Origin: a virus
Taxonomy: Duplodnaviria > Caudoviricetes
Direction: 5' to 3' (one strand)
IMG/VR virus record: IMGVR_UViG_3300024254_000255
Location: 1 to 39,079 of that record
DNA: 39,079 nt
Of this stretch, positions 26,374 through 35,675 are shown piece by piece (positions within the stretch are counted from its first letter, which is position 1; each line of letters opens with the position of its first letter). The notes under the pieces are model-generated. The model was not told where the DNA came from, searched no databases, and saw only the letters and a program-made list of their open reading frames with translations. Both the position numbers and the translations under genes were made by a program.

Positions 26374-27078
26374 TCAAGTTATCCACCCATGGCCAAGATT
26401 TATTTGTCCATAATTTATGCCACCACGTTTTTGTAAGCTAGAAAGCTTGATTATATTTAAATCTAATGGTCCACTTTTCTTGCTTATTTTATCTACATAA
26501 GCTGCATGTTGTTTTGCTACTCCTGGAGGCACCGAATAGTTATATTCAGTACATAATCTCATTGCTAAATCATATTTAAGATAGGTTATATAAAACTGAT
26601 CTAAAGTTAAGGATAAATCTTGATTTATTACTACATTTTGTAACCTAAATTGTCCCCATATGGTTAATGGGAAATTCTGATTGGGGATAAAATATATATA
26701 TAAATTTGCGCCACCAAAACATCTTTCCATATGCCAGCTTCCTGGTAAAGATTGAATGTTATTAGCACGTGATGTTCCAAAGTATTCGCGTCTACCACGA
26801 TTTTGTGTTTGATATCTAATTGTATCAATGAAGAAAACAAATGTGTCAATTTCGATAAGATTAGGAATAAAATATTTTTCTTGACCTATAACAGCTGCAA
26901 AATCTAATTCTAAATAATATGGGATAAGACAATTATCTACTGTCTTATCCTGAAGTAATTCATTAAGAAATTCTAATCCATCCGTAGCTTGTTGGCCTGA
27001 CACAGTTTCAAAGCCACGGGAGACAATGCCTGATTCATAATAAGCATTGTTGATTAGCTGTAAAGTTGTGTAGGCCAT
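26374..27078 (-). CDS. Head-to-tail adaptor (P22 gp4-like)
   Basis: T--QLINNAY---GIV----T...DGL--LN; LKYDLAMRL--EY. Confidence 0.8.
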   Translation of the reverse strand: MAYTTLQLINNAYYESGIVSRGFETVSGQQATDGLEFLNELLQDKTVDNCLIPYYLELDFAAVIGQEKYFIPNLIEIDTFVFFIDTIRYQTQNRGRREYFGTSRANNIQSLPGSWHMERCFGGANLYIYFIPNQNFPLTIWGQFRLQNVVINQDLSLTLDQFYITYLKYDLAMRLCTEYNYSVPPGVAKQHAAYVDKISKKSGPLDLNIIKLSSLQKRGGINYGQINLGHGWIT

Positions 27079-27087
27079 TTAAGCATC

Positions 27088-27903
27088 CTAAGTTAATTGT
27101 GGTTCCAATTGATCAAGATACCCGGATACAGAAATAGCTGTAGCTGATCCAGTTACAAGATAATCCACTGCATCTGTATAAGGAGAATCTATAGGACATT
27201 GCATCATCACAGTTGTTGCAACTGCTGCTACATCACCTGAAGCTCTGCTGTAACCATTTGTGGCACTTGATAAACCTGGACGTAATTCAACAGTGTTATT
27301 AGCTGCAGTAGGAGTAAATACGACTAAGAAAATAGCATCACTGATTGTTCCCATTGCAGGAATCCCAGCACTACAATCTACAGAAGCGAAAGTTGCAGAA
27401 GAACCCGCTGTGATACTGGTAGCTATAGCCACATCCCACCACATCCATCTATCAGCTGTAACGCCATATTGACGGAAAGCTAAAATATGAGAAGAACCAT
27501 CAGTTTTAATAAAACCGATTCTTCTAAACATGTCATAACCTTTTGGTAAAGTTGGAGCAGTTAAGCTTAGAGATAACAAGGCTGAACCTGGATTAACTCC
27601 ATAGCTATCACCGATTGCATGTACGGCATAGAAAGTGGATGCTGCAACTGTTCCAGTATCGATACCACCAGCACCAGATAAAGTGACATCAATGGTTACT
27701 GCACCTGCTCCAGCGGCTACGGGCTCAACACCTGTTTGAGTGGCGGCGACATTTAAAGGAAGACCTACCTTGATATCATTAGTATTTGTAGAGTCGCGGC
27801 ATAAGCCTTGACTAACTGTCATTGTAGTAGTTGATACAGAAACTAGACGAAGACCATTTACGTACATCAAGTCTCCATTTACGATAGGTGTAGAAATATT
27901 CAT
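27088..27903 (-). CDS. Virion accessory/decoration-like protein
   Basis: GGIDTGTVAASTFYAV, LPKGYDMFRRIG; position after coat. Confidence 0.65.
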   Translation of the reverse strand: MNISTPIVNGDLMYVNGLRLVSVSTTTMTVSQGLCRDSTNTNDIKVGLPLNVAATQTGVEPVAAGAGAVTIDVTLSGAGGIDTGTVAASTFYAVHAIGDSYGVNPGSALLSLSLTAPTLPKGYDMFRRIGFIKTDGSSHILAFRQYGVTADRWMWWDVAIATSITAGSSATFASVDCSAGIPAMGTISDAIFLVVFTPTAANNTVELRPGLSSATNGYSRASGDVAAVATTVMMQCPIDSPYTDAVDYLVTGSATAISVSGYLDQLEPQLT

Positions 27904-27923
27904 TTTAATATCCTTATAAAGTG

Positions 27924-27942
27924 GGGGAACCTCATGTTCCCC
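27924..27942 (-). terminator. Hairpin, likely the original coat-gene terminator
   Basis: GGGGAAC-N5-GTTCCCC. Confidence 0.55.
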
Positions 27943-27950
27943 TTCCTAAA

Positions 27951-28874
27951 TTACTTCTTTTCGTTCTTGTGGTGATCTGCGTGGTGCTTTTTACATAACC
28001 ATCTTACATTTAATGGTTTAGTGTAATCATCATGATGCGCCTCAACATTTAATTGCGTCTTGCATATTTCGCAAGGCCTTCGAATTAACTGACCTCTTTT
28101 AATAGCGTTGCTAGTTAAGCTTCTAACGTAAACTTTGACCATTTCATCAGGGTCTTTCCTACGTCTTTCATTGCTACGCTCATACATTTTTCGCTTAACA
28201 TCAGGGTGAGAATCAAGATAATTTTTTCTCACTTCCGATGCACAATCAACACAATAGCAATTGCTATAAGATGCGAATGGCTTTCCACATTGACAAGCCC
28301 CTGTTCTGTGCTTTAGGGTTCTGCCCGTATTTAAACGCCATTCACGATCAATTTGCCTATGACAACTATGGCAATATCCAAGCTTAGGATTTTCTTTAAT
28401 CTTATCACATCGATTACAAGTATCTTTGCGACCAGAACCCCATGGCTTTAATCCCAAATGCTCTCTGGTTAATGCAGTATCTAGTTTCCTTCTTTCTGAG
28501 CAACACTTCCGGCAATATCCACTGGATGCATGCTGTTCGTCTTTAATTTCACCACACTTACTGCATTTCAAGCTTCTTCCTAAACCATATTGAGGCTTTC
28601 CATCCTCGATTCGCCTTTGTTGCCTACGCAGTTTATTAGCCTCACTCCTGCATTTTTTGCATACGCTATCATTCATGTAATTAGGCTCTTTATTAGAGCC
28701 GCATGAATTGCAAATAGGGTTAGCATTAGAGCCAAAAAGGGGAATACCTTTAGCTTTCTTTTCAGCCCTCAACGCTCTCTTTCTGGTGTTTATGCAATAA
28801 CTACACCATGAGCTACCTAACATTTTTTCATTAACATCACATTTGCTACAACTAACACCACACTTTACAACCAT
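27951..28874 (-). CDS. Multi-zinc-finger protein with C-terminal HNH-like domain
   Basis: Five paired CxxC/CxC units then PCEIC...EAHHDDY-KPL-V-WLC--HH. Confidence 0.75.
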   Translation of the reverse strand: MVVKCGVSCSKCDVNEKMLGSSWCSYCINTRKRALRAEKKAKGIPLFGSNANPICNSCGSNKEPNYMNDSVCKKCRSEANKLRRQQRRIEDGKPQYGLGRSLKCSKCGEIKDEQHASSGYCRKCCSERRKLDTALTREHLGLKPWGSGRKDTCNRCDKIKENPKLGYCHSCHRQIDREWRLNTGRTLKHRTGACQCGKPFASYSNCYCVDCASEVRKNYLDSHPDVKRKMYERSNERRRKDPDEMVKVYVRSLTSNAIKRGQLIRRPCEICKTQLNVEAHHDDYTKPLNVRWLCKKHHADHHKNEKK

Positions 28875-28937
28875 TCGATTCTTCTATAATTAAATGTTGC
28901 ATTATATAGGAGAGCCAGATAAGATCCTAATTATATA

Positions 28938-30176
28938 TCATAGCGGAAAGATAATTGACATCGCGTACTCTGGGACGAGCTTCTTTCCCCATATCGCGTC
29001 GTGTATCATCCCTCTTTGGTTCTGGCCAAACAAAGAACCGTAATACATTCGGAGACTTACCGCAGTATCAGGGTCAATTTCATTACCTGTAGGAAATGGA
29101 ACTTCTTCAGGAAGCATTGGCATACCAAGGAATAAAGGATTACCAGCAGTAATCACGCCCGCTCTATGCGAAGGAAGAAAAGTCACTTGCATACCTGCAA
29201 CAATTGCAAAATTCAAGTTCTGATCATTACCTGCATTAGCTTGTAGAGGCGGAAATACGCTAACAGTAACGTTACCACCACTTGATGCTGAATCTGCTGT
29301 AACTCTGAATTGAACAGGATTACTAGATACTTTATGGCCAATAAATGTCAAATATCTAAGATTAGGTTGCCCTGCAACTCCATCATTGAATTGACCTTTA
29401 TCGTAAAGTTTAATTGCATTTGCATCAGTACCAGCACCAGAAAATACGATTTGGATTACTGCTCCATTTGCATCAAGCACTGTAGAGACAACAGTCAAAA
29501 CTGTACCAGCTTGACCAATAGTTCCTGATGTATGAACTGGAAGTAAGTTAGATACATAGAATTCAGCTCTATCAAAATTACCTACATCCCATGAATTGGC
29601 AATCTCATCATTACGTCTTGGTACGAATTGATTCAAACCAGTATTAACGATTGCAGATTGTGCAATATCACTTAGATAGAATTTGGTATTGTCTTTAGCA
29701 GCACCATAGTTTCTATACATGGCAAGAGCTGCAGCTAATTGACCATAAGAATTAATTTGCGTGATTCCATCACCAAAGAAGCGGTAAGGAGAGGTTACAC
29801 AGACTTCTGCAATATTAGATTCAATAGTTGCAGACATTTCCATTACTGCAGATTTACCGAATTTATCCATATAGTCTTCTACGTTGAAGATAAATTGTTG
29901 TGCAGTAAAGGCATAAGATACGTTGATAGCTTGGTCTACAGTTAAATTTTCTACCCTTTGATCTGCGGGTTGAAATGTAGCCACCAAACTATTTGCGGTT
30001 GTAAATCGTGGTGGTAAATCGAAAGTCACTGTATCACCAAGGTTGGCGGTCAGTTTTTCGAAATTCTTGAATTTAGTATTTGCTGTTGCTACGAAGCAGT
30101 TTAAGTTCTGTAGGTAAGCCAAATTTGACAACTGGTAGGTTTGTACCTGTTGTAAAATGTTATTTGGAACGGCCAT
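28938..30176 (-). CDS. Major capsid protein, P22 coat (gp5) family
   Basis: LGDTVTFDLPPRF, SNLLPVHTSG, SLRMY, DAIWG--L-PE; follows scaffold. Confidence 0.9.
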   Translation of the reverse strand: MAVPNNILQQVQTYQLSNLAYLQNLNCFVATANTKFKNFEKLTANLGDTVTFDLPPRFTTANSLVATFQPADQRVENLTVDQAINVSYAFTAQQFIFNVEDYMDKFGKSAVMEMSATIESNIAEVCVTSPYRFFGDGITQINSYGQLAAALAMYRNYGAAKDNTKFYLSDIAQSAIVNTGLNQFVPRRNDEIANSWDVGNFDRAEFYVSNLLPVHTSGTIGQAGTVLTVVSTVLDANGAVIQIVFSGAGTDANAIKLYDKGQFNDGVAGQPNLRYLTFIGHKVSSNPVQFRVTADSASSGGNVTVSVFPPLQANAGNDQNLNFAIVAGMQVTFLPSHRAGVITAGNPLFLGMPMLPEEVPFPTGNEIDPDTAVSLRMYYGSLFGQNQRGMIHDAIWGKKLVPEYAMSIIFPL

Positions 30177-30236
30177 GTCTTCTTCTCCAATAATATCCTT
30201 ATTAAGAGAACAGACATGACCAGTTTTGGTAGAACT

Positions 30237-31004
30237 TTAACCTCTTAGAAATGAGGCATTCTTAAAGTCCCGTACTGTTTTAGTACCATTGTCTGTTCCC
30301 ACTGGCGAAGGTTTCAGACGGCTTAAGGGGTCTTGTGCTTCTTGCAAGTTTGATTTAGCTTCCTGATTGGTCTTGATAGACTGACTCAATTTAGCTAATT
30401 CAGCTCTGGCCATATTAGGTGATCTCTCAACTAAGGTGGCTAGAGTGGCTAATTTAGACGGATTCTTTTGCAGCTCATAAATAATTGCTGCTGTGTTATC
30501 TGTCTGTGTAGCCAAATATACTAATTGCGGGAATGCAGCAGGATCAAAGCCTGAGGTGATAGCATCAAAGTCTTCATATAATTCTTTACCTTGAGCCAAT
30601 TTACCAAAGTACTGTTGAGCTACTTCATTCACTTCCTTTTCGAGCTGTGCTAGATGAGCTTGATCAGCTTGTTCTTGCTGCTTTTGTTGCACCATCTGCA
30701 TTACCTGTTGAAGTTGCTCTGGCGACATACCCTGGTTGCCTTGTTGCTGCATGATGGGTTGTTGCTGCGGCGTCTGAACTGGTTGTTGCGTTTGCTGCCC
30801 TTGAAGCTGCTCAATTTGCTGTTTAGCTGCGTCTAGTTGCTCTTGCATTTTCTGCTCTCCTTTGCGTTTAGCCTTTTTAATAAGCTCATTCACTTGGGAA
30901 GCAGGAAGCATTTTCTCGGGAGGTGCAGGTTCTACGTCTTTCAACGCATCCTCTTCACCCACATTAGTATCTTGCAATTCTTCTGCAATATCCTTTGCAT
31001 CCAT
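30237..31004 (-). CDS. Scaffolding protein (start MDAKDI)
   Basis: Coiled-coil, Q-rich, YEDFD, IIYEL-KNP, APxPl-like C-terminus; between portal and coat. Confidence 0.8.
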   Translation of the reverse strand: MDAKDIAEELQDTNVGEEDALKDVEPAPPEKMLPASQVNELIKKAKRKGEQKMQEQLDAAKQQIEQLQGQQTQQPVQTPQQQPIMQQQGNQGMSPEQLQQVMQMVQQKQQEQADQAHLAQLEKEVNEVAQQYFGKLAQGKELYEDFDAITSGFDPAAFPQLVYLATQTDNTAAIIYELQKNPSKLATLATLVERSPNMARAELAKLSQSIKTNQEAKSNLQEAQDPLSRLKPSPVGTDNGTKTVRDFKNASFLRG

Positions 31005-31221
31005 TTGAAACCTCACTGTTTCCGGTGTGACCGTGATCACCTACCATCCGTGGTAGTTCCGACTATTTATCCCGCATAGTTGCGTATATGGCCTAGCATC
31101 CATCCTGGCTAGTCAGGTACTTCTTTGCATTAGTATATCAACAAATAATCAAATTAGTACAGATAATAACTATTAGTTTAAATCCTGTCTACAATAAAAA
31201 CACAAATAGCTAAATTTGCAC

Positions 31222-31344
31222 TCATTGCAAACAACTACCTTTAACCATCTTCTTAACCATCTTTTTATCTTGTTTGACATCGTTGTATTCCTCCTTCATT
31301 TTCTTTTTTTTCTGATTCATGCCACCTTTGGGTTTATCTTTCAT
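31222..31344 (-). CDS. Small basic protein, 40 aa (MKDKPKGGMNQKKKKMKEEY...)
   Basis: Read manually; ATGA overlap with the upstream gene. Confidence 0.6.
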   Translation of the reverse strand: MKDKPKGGMNQKKKKMKEEYNDVKQDKKMVKKMVKGSCLQ

Positions 31345-31520
31345 TTTTTCATTTTCCTTAAAGTTTCTGCCAATCTGGCGCGTTTGCCTTCTATTCCTTT
31401 AGCTTTTGCAGCTTTAGCTAATTTCTTAGCAGGAATCTTTTTTCCCATTGGAACTCCAAGCTCCTTATGAAGAGCACCTGGATGTTTTATAGCTTTCTGA
31501 ATGAATTTTTTATCAGCCAT
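31341..31520 (-). CDS. Small basic protein, 59 aa (MADKKFIQKAIKHPGALHKELGVP...)
   Basis: Read manually; recurrent phage family with IQKAIKHPGAL and KRARLAETL. Confidence 0.8.
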   Translation of the reverse strand: MADKKFIQKAIKHPGALHKELGVPMGKKIPAKKLAKAAKAKGIEGKRARLAETLRKMKK

Positions 31521-31654
31521 TAATATCTCCCTTTATTTTTTACTGTTCTTTGTCCGCGCTTTGGAAGTTCCTTTGCTTCAGATTTTTTCTCTGATTTAAC
31601 TTTCATTTTCATGCTTGGATTACCTTTGGTTTTAACTTTAATTTCAAGTGGCAT
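31520..31654 (-). CDS. Small basic protein, 44 aa (MPLEIKVKTKGNP...LPKRGQRT...)
   Basis: Read manually; AGGAG RBS; TAATG overlap. Confidence 0.65.
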   Translation of the reverse strand: MPLEIKVKTKGNPSMKMKVKSEKKSEAKELPKRGQRTVKNKGRY

Positions 31655-31663
31655 TTATTTCTC

Positions 31664-31828
31664 CTAATTATTTTCTTCAATCGTTAATTGACGCTCTACT
31701 ATCAATTTAATATCATTTTTAGATAACAAAGGATTTTCCTCTATTATAGCTATTATAGTTCTATAAGCTGTCTTAATTCCTCTAAGGTAATCATCGGAAA
31801 TCTTTATTTCCTCAACTCCTGATATCAT
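31664..31828 (-). CDS. Hypothetical protein, 54 aa (start MISGVEE)
   Basis: Fills the operon between basic peptides. Confidence 0.5.
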   Translation of the reverse strand: MISGVEEIKISDDYLRGIKTAYRTIIAIIEENPLLSKNDIKLIVERQLTIEENN

Positions 31829-31970
31829 TTTTTTTCTTCCGTTTTTCACTAGCTTCACTATATGCAATTGCTACTGCTTGCTTTTGTGGTTTACCAGCTT
31901 CCATTTCGCGTTTCACATTTTCGCTAAAGCCTTTTTTAGTCTTTGCTTTCTGTCCCTTTACTAGTGGCAT
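31812..31970 (-). CDS. Small basic protein, 52 aa (MPLVKG...SENVKREMEAGKPQKQAVAIAY)
   Basis: Read manually; recurrent phage family with GKPQKQAVAIA. Confidence 0.8.
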   Translation of the reverse strand: MPLVKGQKAKTKKGFSENVKREMEAGKPQKQAVAIAYSEASEKRKKKNDIRS

Positions 31971-34116
31971 TTTTGGTCTCCATTGTTTGTTTTTTTAAAT
32001 CATGCTCTTTACCAGCTTGCGCCACATCATGATGATGCTTACTTACATCAATTGCCATATTAACAGCGGTTCTTGCGTTTTCAGCATCAACTGACTCTTG
32101 TTTAATAGCGACTTCAGCATCGGCTCCTTGTACTTGAGCCAATACTTTAATCATCTCAATATCTGCCAACTTGTTCTTTACAGCATCATCTGTAGCAATT
32201 TTAGTTAATTGAACTTGAGCATTTTGAGATGCTGCTTCGCGTTTTTGTTGTGTCTTGCCAACTTCGGCTTGTGCTTGCATCATTAATGCTTGTTTTGGAT
32301 CAATTTGTTGAGATGCTTGTTGCATTGCCATTTGTTCAGACTGTGCTTGTTTTTGTTCAATTTCTTTCATGTATTCGCCAGCAGCTTGCCTTAATCCTTC
32401 AATGCCTCTGATTTCAATGTTATCTAATAAGATACCTAAGCCTTTTGCATTCATAAATGCTGCAAAGGATTCTGATGTTTGCATGAGTTGGATTATTGTT
32501 TCTAGAGATATTTGTTTTTGTACAGCGAAGTTAACACCTGCTTCTACTTTGACTTCAAGACTCATTGGATCATAATCCATAAATGGATTTCCAATTTTAT
32601 TAATGACTTCATAAGAACGTTTGCCATCTGGTTCTACTATTGGGATACTTCTTGGTGTCACATAGTATTTGGGTATTAAATCCAATATAATCTGACACAC
32701 GCGGTTCAGTCCTTTCATAAATCCGACAGTGTAGGGCATAGCTGCTGCATTAGAATGCATAGCACCCTGCATAATGGCTACTCCTGATAGTTCGTTGTTC
32801 TGAATTCCTAGAGCCGCGTCATAGCTTCCTAAAATACCTTGCATCAAATTATCTGACATTTGAAATGTTTCACTAATTTGAGGTGGTATTGGTGTTCTTA
32901 CGATTTCACGTGGTGGGACTAAAGGTTGATTTGGATCGCCATCATTGTATGCGTTATAAAGTAAAGTTGCGGGTTTTTGTATATTAATATAAGCATCTAG
33001 ATAATCTTCAGGAATAGATTCCACGCTAGCTATAAATTTATGTTCTACGGTATTTTCAAGTTCATTTGCTAGCGATTGACCAGCATAATTCTTAAGCCTT
33101 TGGGCATCACGTACATTGTATATATAAGGACGCGTCATCTGCTCAGCTGTTGAATCATTATTATCTCTAAGAATGGCTGAGTTTCCATCAAAGAATATTA
33201 ATGGAAGCATTTTGTATGGGGTTTTCTGTACATCTACAAGATGAGCTCCTGAAAATGTATAGCGTGTGATGCTTTCAAATGTTGATTCACGAGTTTTACC
33301 TATCGGAATTGGTGGTTGTTCAATATGTCCGGCTTCTTCCCACATCCCTAATAGTTCTTCATAATTTTTAAGTGTTACAACACGGCCATTAGATAATTTA
33401 GTTATGCGCTCTTTTTTATATTCTTTTTTATCATATTGACACATTAACACAATATCTTTTTTTGCAGCTCTATAAGACCAATTAAATCCTGAAAAGCTTC
33501 TGGCATATTTCAATCCTTTTAATGCATCTGAACCATATATCTTCTCTACCTCTTCAGCTTCTTTGGGAAATAATTGAAAGCAAAAATTACCATCCCCTTT
33601 ATGCGATTTACGAGCCAGAGGATCGAAACCACATAGGGTTGGGTCAAATGCACGTTGGGTACATATTTTCTGATCCATGGACATTTCTGATATGTAATCC
33701 GTATAGCATTCGACAACAGAAAAACCGCCCACCAACAAATCAGTATATACATCATAGCTAAATCCATCATTATCTGAGTCCACTAATATTGATCTAAAAT
33801 GTGCTTCAAGGATAGAAAGCAGTCTTGGGTCGACATTATCAAATCCATCTTGAGCTCTTACTATAAATCCTGGTTCCATTCTTGAGAATTCACCTCTTAA
33901 TCTAGAGATGTATGCTTCAACCATATTGAATTCAATTTGAGGTCTTTGTAGGGATGCAAGAACTGCTATATCATCTTCAGTTAGCGTTGATTTATAAACA
34001 AAACGCATGAATTGATGGTATCTTTCATAATTTGGTCTGAAGTAGGTATAGGCTTGCTCTACAGATTGTTTAATCTGATCAAGCTTAGTTGTATGTCGTT
34101 TTGCTATCACTGCCAT
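31936..34116 (-). CDS. Portal protein, P22 family (start MAVIAK)
   Basis: RPQIEFN, FDPLARK, RDAQRLKNY, ELSGVAI, long Q/A coiled-coil barrel; follows TerL. Confidence 0.9.
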   Translation of the reverse strand: MAVIAKRHTTKLDQIKQSVEQAYTYFRPNYERYHQFMRFVYKSTLTEDDIAVLASLQRPQIEFNMVEAYISRLRGEFSRMEPGFIVRAQDGFDNVDPRLLSILEAHFRSILVDSDNDGFSYDVYTDLLVGGFSVVECYTDYISEMSMDQKICTQRAFDPTLCGFDPLARKSHKGDGNFCFQLFPKEAEEVEKIYGSDALKGLKYARSFSGFNWSYRAAKKDIVLMCQYDKKEYKKERITKLSNGRVVTLKNYEELLGMWEEAGHIEQPPIPIGKTRESTFESITRYTFSGAHLVDVQKTPYKMLPLIFFDGNSAILRDNNDSTAEQMTRPYIYNVRDAQRLKNYAGQSLANELENTVEHKFIASVESIPEDYLDAYINIQKPATLLYNAYNDGDPNQPLVPPREIVRTPIPPQISETFQMSDNLMQGILGSYDAALGIQNNELSGVAIMQGAMHSNAAAMPYTVGFMKGLNRVCQIILDLIPKYYVTPRSIPIVEPDGKRSYEVINKIGNPFMDYDPMSLEVKVEAGVNFAVQKQISLETIIQLMQTSESFAAFMNAKGLGILLDNIEIRGIEGLRQAAGEYMKEIEQKQAQSEQMAMQQASQQIDPKQALMMQAQAEVGKTQQKREAASQNAQVQLTKIATDDAVKNKLADIEMIKVLAQVQGADAEVAIKQESVDAENARTAVNMAIDVSKHHHDVAQAGKEHDLKKQTMETKNATSKGTESKD

Positions 34117-34118
34117 AA

Positions 34119-35675
34119 TCAAATCCTTTTGGTATAAGCACGTTGCTTTAATTCAATAACATTGTTATGTCTATTAAGAGCAGCAATTGTTGTTTGTCTT
34201 GAAGTATTATTTTTTGATGTAAATATAGATAAATTTTTATCTATTAGAGCTATTCGCACTGCATCTGAACAAGTATCTGCTATATCATCATGGGCATGAG
34301 AATCATTATTTGTAATTTTTTTCATGTGATTCACACACATTTCAGTGTGAACACCATGTAATGGTAAAGAGACTTGCTTGCTAGCTATATAAGGCTGTAT
34401 ATCAATGAATCTTTGTGATTTGCTTCCAGATTTACGCGTTCTTTCAATTTCACGAACTTTTAAACCTCTCATATTATTTAATATAGAAATGAGAGTGACT
34501 CCGGTGGATTTTTTTTCTATATAAGCAACTAGAGGAGGATTGGTGTGACGTGCGCAATCTTGCCAGAAATCTAAAAATTCATTTTCAAGATGTTTTGGTT
34601 CAACACGAATTTCACGGCAAGCTAGCCAATGAAGCCCAATTATTCCAGTTTTACGTCCTTGTGTTTCTATGTTGTACATTCCCCAAAATGAAAATACTGT
34701 GGCATCATTTCTTAAATCTTCTGTCTCAGCTGTATCTGCTGTTATGAATGTAATATAGAAATTGGGTTCTACACTTAATAAAGGAAAATCTTCAGGCATA
34801 AATAGACCACCACCTGCTGGTTGGGGATCTTGTTGATGTTGCGCTGCAAATACGTATCTGTCTTTTTCCTGACGAATTTTCAACATATCTAAGGGGAAAG
34901 CTTCGGGATAAAGTGCATTACCTGCATCATCTAATGATTTCAGTATTACTTTATCCCAGTCATAGCCATCCTCACCTGCAAGGAAGTAGGCAGGCAAGTC
35001 TTGTTCATGTAATCGTTGTCCTATGAAAACTATAGGAACATTGATGCCACGAGGTCTTTGTTGGATTGTTTCACGGAAGTTGGTAATTACACCTTCACGG
35101 ATTAAATCGGAATGGACTTCATCTGGTTTATGTGAATCATCGATGACGACCGCACCTGAGAATCTATCAAGCCCTGGTAATCCAGCATTACGCCCTGTGA
35201 TTGAGCCTGCTGAGCCAAACGCTGAAACTGTTCCACCAGCTGTTGTGGTAAAAGAGTCTTTAGCTTGTGAGTCATCTCTGAGGTATACATCAAAAAGAAC
35301 CTTATATTGTGATAGTGACATTATTCGCTTTACCACATCCGTGTGGGTAGCTGCTAAAGTTTTTGAGTAGGATATATATAAAAAATTACTGTCAGGCCAC
35401 TTAGCTAGACACCAAGCAATCCAGAAACTTACCATCACCGATTTGCCGTGGCCTGGAGGCACATTAACTAAAAGCCTGAGAGCTTGAAGATTTGTACACT
35501 TAGTTAAGGCACGGCAAATTGTAATGAAATGACTTTCCCGACTCACAGGACATGAAATGATAAACTCACGTCCTGTAAGGATAGGAAAAAATGCTTGTAT
35601 GAAGAGTAGTAAGCTACCCTTCAACTTGGCCGCTATTTCTGCGTTTTCAAGTTTTAGCTGTAGAGCCTTGTCCAT
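34119..35675 (-). CDS. terL: Terminase large subunit
   Basis: NVPPGHGKS Walker A, VVIDD Walker B, QRLHEQDL, QQDP-P-GG, ADTA, HDDIAD nuclease motif. Confidence 0.95.
   Translation of the reverse strand: MDKALQLKLENAEIAAKLKGSLLLFIQAFFPILTGREFIISCPVSRESHFITICRALTKCTNLQALRLLVNVPPGHGKSVMVSFWIAWCLAKWPDSNFLYISYSKTLAATHTDVVKRIMSLSQYKVLFDVYLRDDSQAKDSFTTTAGGTVSAFGSAGSITGRNAGLPGLDRFSGAVVIDDSHKPDEVHSDLIREGVITNFRETIQQRPRGINVPIVFIGQRLHEQDLPAYFLAGEDGYDWDKVILKSLDDAGNALYPEAFPLDMLKIRQEKDRYVFAAQHQQDPQPAGGGLFMPEDFPLLSVEPNFYITFITADTAETEDLRNDATVFSFWGMYNIETQGRKTGIIGLHWLACREIRVEPKHLENEFLDFWQDCARHTNPPLVAYIEKKSTGVTLISILNNMRGLKVREIERTRKSGSKSQRFIDIQPYIASKQVSLPLHGVHTEMCVNHMKKITNNDSHAHDDIADTCSDAVRIALIDKNLSIFTSKNNTSRQTTIAALNRHNNVIELKQRAYTKRI

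Noticed and set aside
27951-28937. Group I intron splitting the coat gene
   Set aside because: The coat ORF ends with a complete-looking C-terminus and there is no room for an intron core around the HNH-like ORF
2218-35370. Many opposite-strand or alternate-frame ORFs in the track (e.g. 2698-3018, 4826-5128, 14355-14594, 17268-17609, 35023-35370)
   Set aside because: Shadows of longer genes with recognisable motifs; no independent RBS or motif support
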